Assembly: GCA_028289565.1 (NCBI GenBank)
Contig: JANQPE010000110.1
Coordinates: 2,841-66,840 of the forward strand
Source: Parerythrobacter sp.
GTDB lineage: Bacteria > Pseudomonadota > Alphaproteobacteria > Sphingomonadales > Sphingomonadaceae
Length of the DNA: 64,000 bases
Direction of reading: 5' to 3'
The translations under genes and the position numbers were made by a program. The stretch's first letter is position 1. Each line of letters opens with the position of its first letter. Of the stretch, positions 62,640 to 64,000 are shown piece by piece. The notes beneath the pieces were generated by a model. The model was not told the origin of the DNA and did no database searches. It was given only the letters and a program-made list of their open reading frames with translations.

Positions 62640-63665
62640 ATGAAATGCCTTGTGAAGGCAAAGCCCGAAGTGGGGTTGTGGCTGGAGGATCGGCCAAAGC
62701 CCGAGACCGGCATAAACGATGTGTTGATCAAGGTACGTCGCACGGCAATCTGCGGCACGGACGTACATATCTGGAAATGGGACGAATGGGCTCAAAAGAC
62801 CATTCCCGTGCCCATGATCGTGGGTCACGAATTCGTCGGTGAGATCGTGGAAACCGGTTCGAATGTAAGCGACCTTAACGCCGGGCAGATTGTGTCGGGT
62901 GAGGGACATGTCGTATGCGGCTGTTGTCGAAACTGCATGGCCGGACGGCGGCATATGTGTGCCGACGCGAAGGGTATCGGCGTCAATCGACCGGGGGCCT
63001 TTGCGGAGTATCTGTCATTACCCGCAGCCAATGTCTGGGTGCACGATCCCGAGATCGATCTCGATATCGCGTCGCTGTTCGACCCCTACGGGAACGCGGT
63101 GCATACGGCTCTCCAGTTCGATGTGCTGGGCGAGGACGTGCTGGTTGTAGGGGCCGGCCCGATCGGGATCATGGCTGCGGCGGTCTGTCGTCATGCCGGT
63201 GCCCGACAGGTCGTTGTGACGGACCTGAATGACGAGCGTCTCGCACTGGCGGAAAAGATGGGCGCGACCCGCACGGTCAATGTCGGCAACGAAAAACTCG
63301 AAGACGTCCAGACCGAGCTGGGCATGACGGAAGGATTCGATATCGGTCTCGAAATGTCGGGCAGCGAAGCCGGTTTCGCCTCGTTGATCGACAATATGTG
63401 TCACGGAGGGAAGGTGGCCATCCTGGGTCTTCCGGCCGGCGATGTACGAATTGACTGGCACAAGGTGATTTTCAACATGCTCACCTTGAAAGGCGTTTAT
63501 GGCCGCGAGATTTTCGAGACCTGGTACAAGATGCAGGTTTTCATCCAGAGCGGGCTGGAGCTCTCGCCGGTCATCACGCATCGCTTGCTGGCGGACGATT
63601 TCGCGCAGGGGTTCGATGCCATGCTTTCGGGTGATGCGTGCAAGGTTGTCCTGAACTGGGAGTAA
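62640..63665 (+). CDS. tdh: L-threonine 3-dehydrogenase
   Basis: 341 aa with the Zn-ADH motifs [17 protein letters not shown] and [15 protein letters not shown], and [12 protein letters not shown]. It lies immediately upstream of kbl, as in the canonical tdh-kbl pair. Confidence 0.95.
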   Translation: MKCLVKAKPEVGLWLEDRPKPETGINDVLIKVRRTAICGTDVHIWKWDEWAQKTIPVPMIVGHEFVGEIVETGSNVSDLNAGQIVSGEGHVVCGCCRNCMAGRRHMCADAKGIGVNRPGAFAEYLSLPAANVWVHDPEIDLDIASLFDPYGNAVHTALQFDVLGEDVLVVGAGPIGIMAAAVCRHAGARQVVVTDLNDERLALAEKMGATRTVNVGNEKLEDVQTELGMTEGFDIGLEMSGSEAGFASLIDNMCHGGKVAILGLPAGDVRIDWHKVIFNMLTLKGVYGREIFETWYKMQVFIQSGLELSPVITHRLLADDFAQGFDAMLSGDACKVVLNWE

Positions 63666-63672
63666 CGCGGCA

Positions 63673-64000
63673 ATGTACGGTAATTTTCAGTCATATCTTC
63701 AATCCGAGCTCGATGCCATCGAAGCGCAGAACCTGACAAAGAACGAGCGTTTCATCGCCTCGCAGCAGGATGCCCATGTCGAGGTCGACGGGCAAAAACT
63801 GATCAATCTGTGCGCCAATAACTACCTCGGACTGGCAAACCATCCGGAGATCATGGCTGCGGCGCGCGAGGGTCTCGATAGTCGTGGTTTCGGCATGGCG
63901 TCCGTCCGGTTCATTTGTGGAACGCTGGACATTCACAAACAGCTAGAGGCCGAGTTGTCGGATTTTCTGGGGATGGAGGACACGATCCTCTATCCGTCGT
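63673..64000 (+). CDS. kbl: Glycine C-acetyltransferase (2-amino-3-ketobutyrate CoA ligase), 5' partial
   Basis: Not in the track because it runs off the right edge. My translation from ATG 63673 is MYGNFQSYLQSELDAIEAQNLTKNERFIASQQDAHVEVDGQKLINLCANNYLGLANHPEIMAAAREGLDSRGFGMASVRFICGT..., the typical Kbl N-terminus. Confidence 0.9.
   Translation, partial: MYGNFQSYLQSELDAIEAQNLTKNERFIASQQDAHVEVDGQKLINLCANNYLGLANHPEIMAAAREGLDSRGFGMASVRFICGTLDIHKQLEAELSDFLGMEDTILYPS

Noticed and set aside
1-64000. Search for CRISPR arrays, IS elements/transposases, integrases, rRNA and tRNA genes
   Set aside because: I saw no regularly spaced direct repeats, no DDE or serine/tyrosine recombinase-like ORFs and no rRNA- or tRNA-like sequences while reading the window. 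The only mobile-element-associated gene is the AlpA-type regulator.

Overview
The window looks like a chromosomal segment of a moderately high-GC aerobic alphaproteobacterium. The gene content resembles Sphingomonadales, but that taxon is inference only. It has four blocks.

(i) 1 to ~5.3 kb is visibly lower-GC accessory DNA. It holds a 3'-truncated RHS/YD-repeat protein with a Sec signal peptide, a 79-aa secreted mini-YD protein and an AlpA-type regulator. The RHS gene is absent from the ORF track because it has no stop in the window; I verified the open frame by hand.

(ii) ~5.5 to 45.3 kb is a ~40-kb accessory catabolic supercluster of about 40 genes:
- Redox and oxygenase genes: 8 SDRs, 3 Rieske oxygenase alpha subunits, a P450, a KstD-like flavoprotein, 3 paralogous MDR enone-reductase-type enzymes and a cytoplasmic bis-MGD molybdoenzyme.
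- CoA-ester genes: 2 acyl-CoA dehydrogenases, an Ltp/SCP-x-type thiolase plus DUF35 protein, and an acyl-CoA ligase.
- Accessory folds: 2 ThuA-like proteins, 2 NmrA-like proteins, 4 NTF2-fold proteins (one limonene-epoxide-hydrolase-like), an ABM protein, E1alpha/E1beta plus a free-standing lipoyl protein, a VOC protein, a GST and a flavin reductase.
- Uptake and regulation: a TonB-dependent receptor, an MFS transporter and a quorum-sensing-type LuxR solo.

(iii) 45.4 to 54.8 kb is core respiration: ccoNOQP-ccoGHIS, a FixK/Fnr-type regulator, two FNR-type boxes and OmpW.

(iv) 54.9 to 64 kb holds a translationally coupled operon of fused hydantoinase/5-oxoprolinase, DUF969, DUF979 and DUF2891, then a secreted DUF547 protein, tdh and the 5' part of kbl.

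I recognised no rRNA, tRNA, CRISPR array, transposase or integrase.

The best candidate for an undescribed system is the almost gap-free 12-gene operon at 12833-24820 (-). It joins a Mo enzyme, an enone reductase, two ThuA-like proteins, an LEH-like hydrolase and a P450 to an igr-like acyl-CoA side-chain module. Other second-look items:
- a perfect 21-nt poly(C) tract upstream of an SDR-GST-SDR operon
- E1alpha/beta with only a 76-aa lipoyl carrier
- a Cys-rich 67-aa ORF coupled to ccoS
- the Sec-signal RHS locus
- the oxoprolinase-DUF operon

All family calls come from motif recognition by eye. No database search was run.
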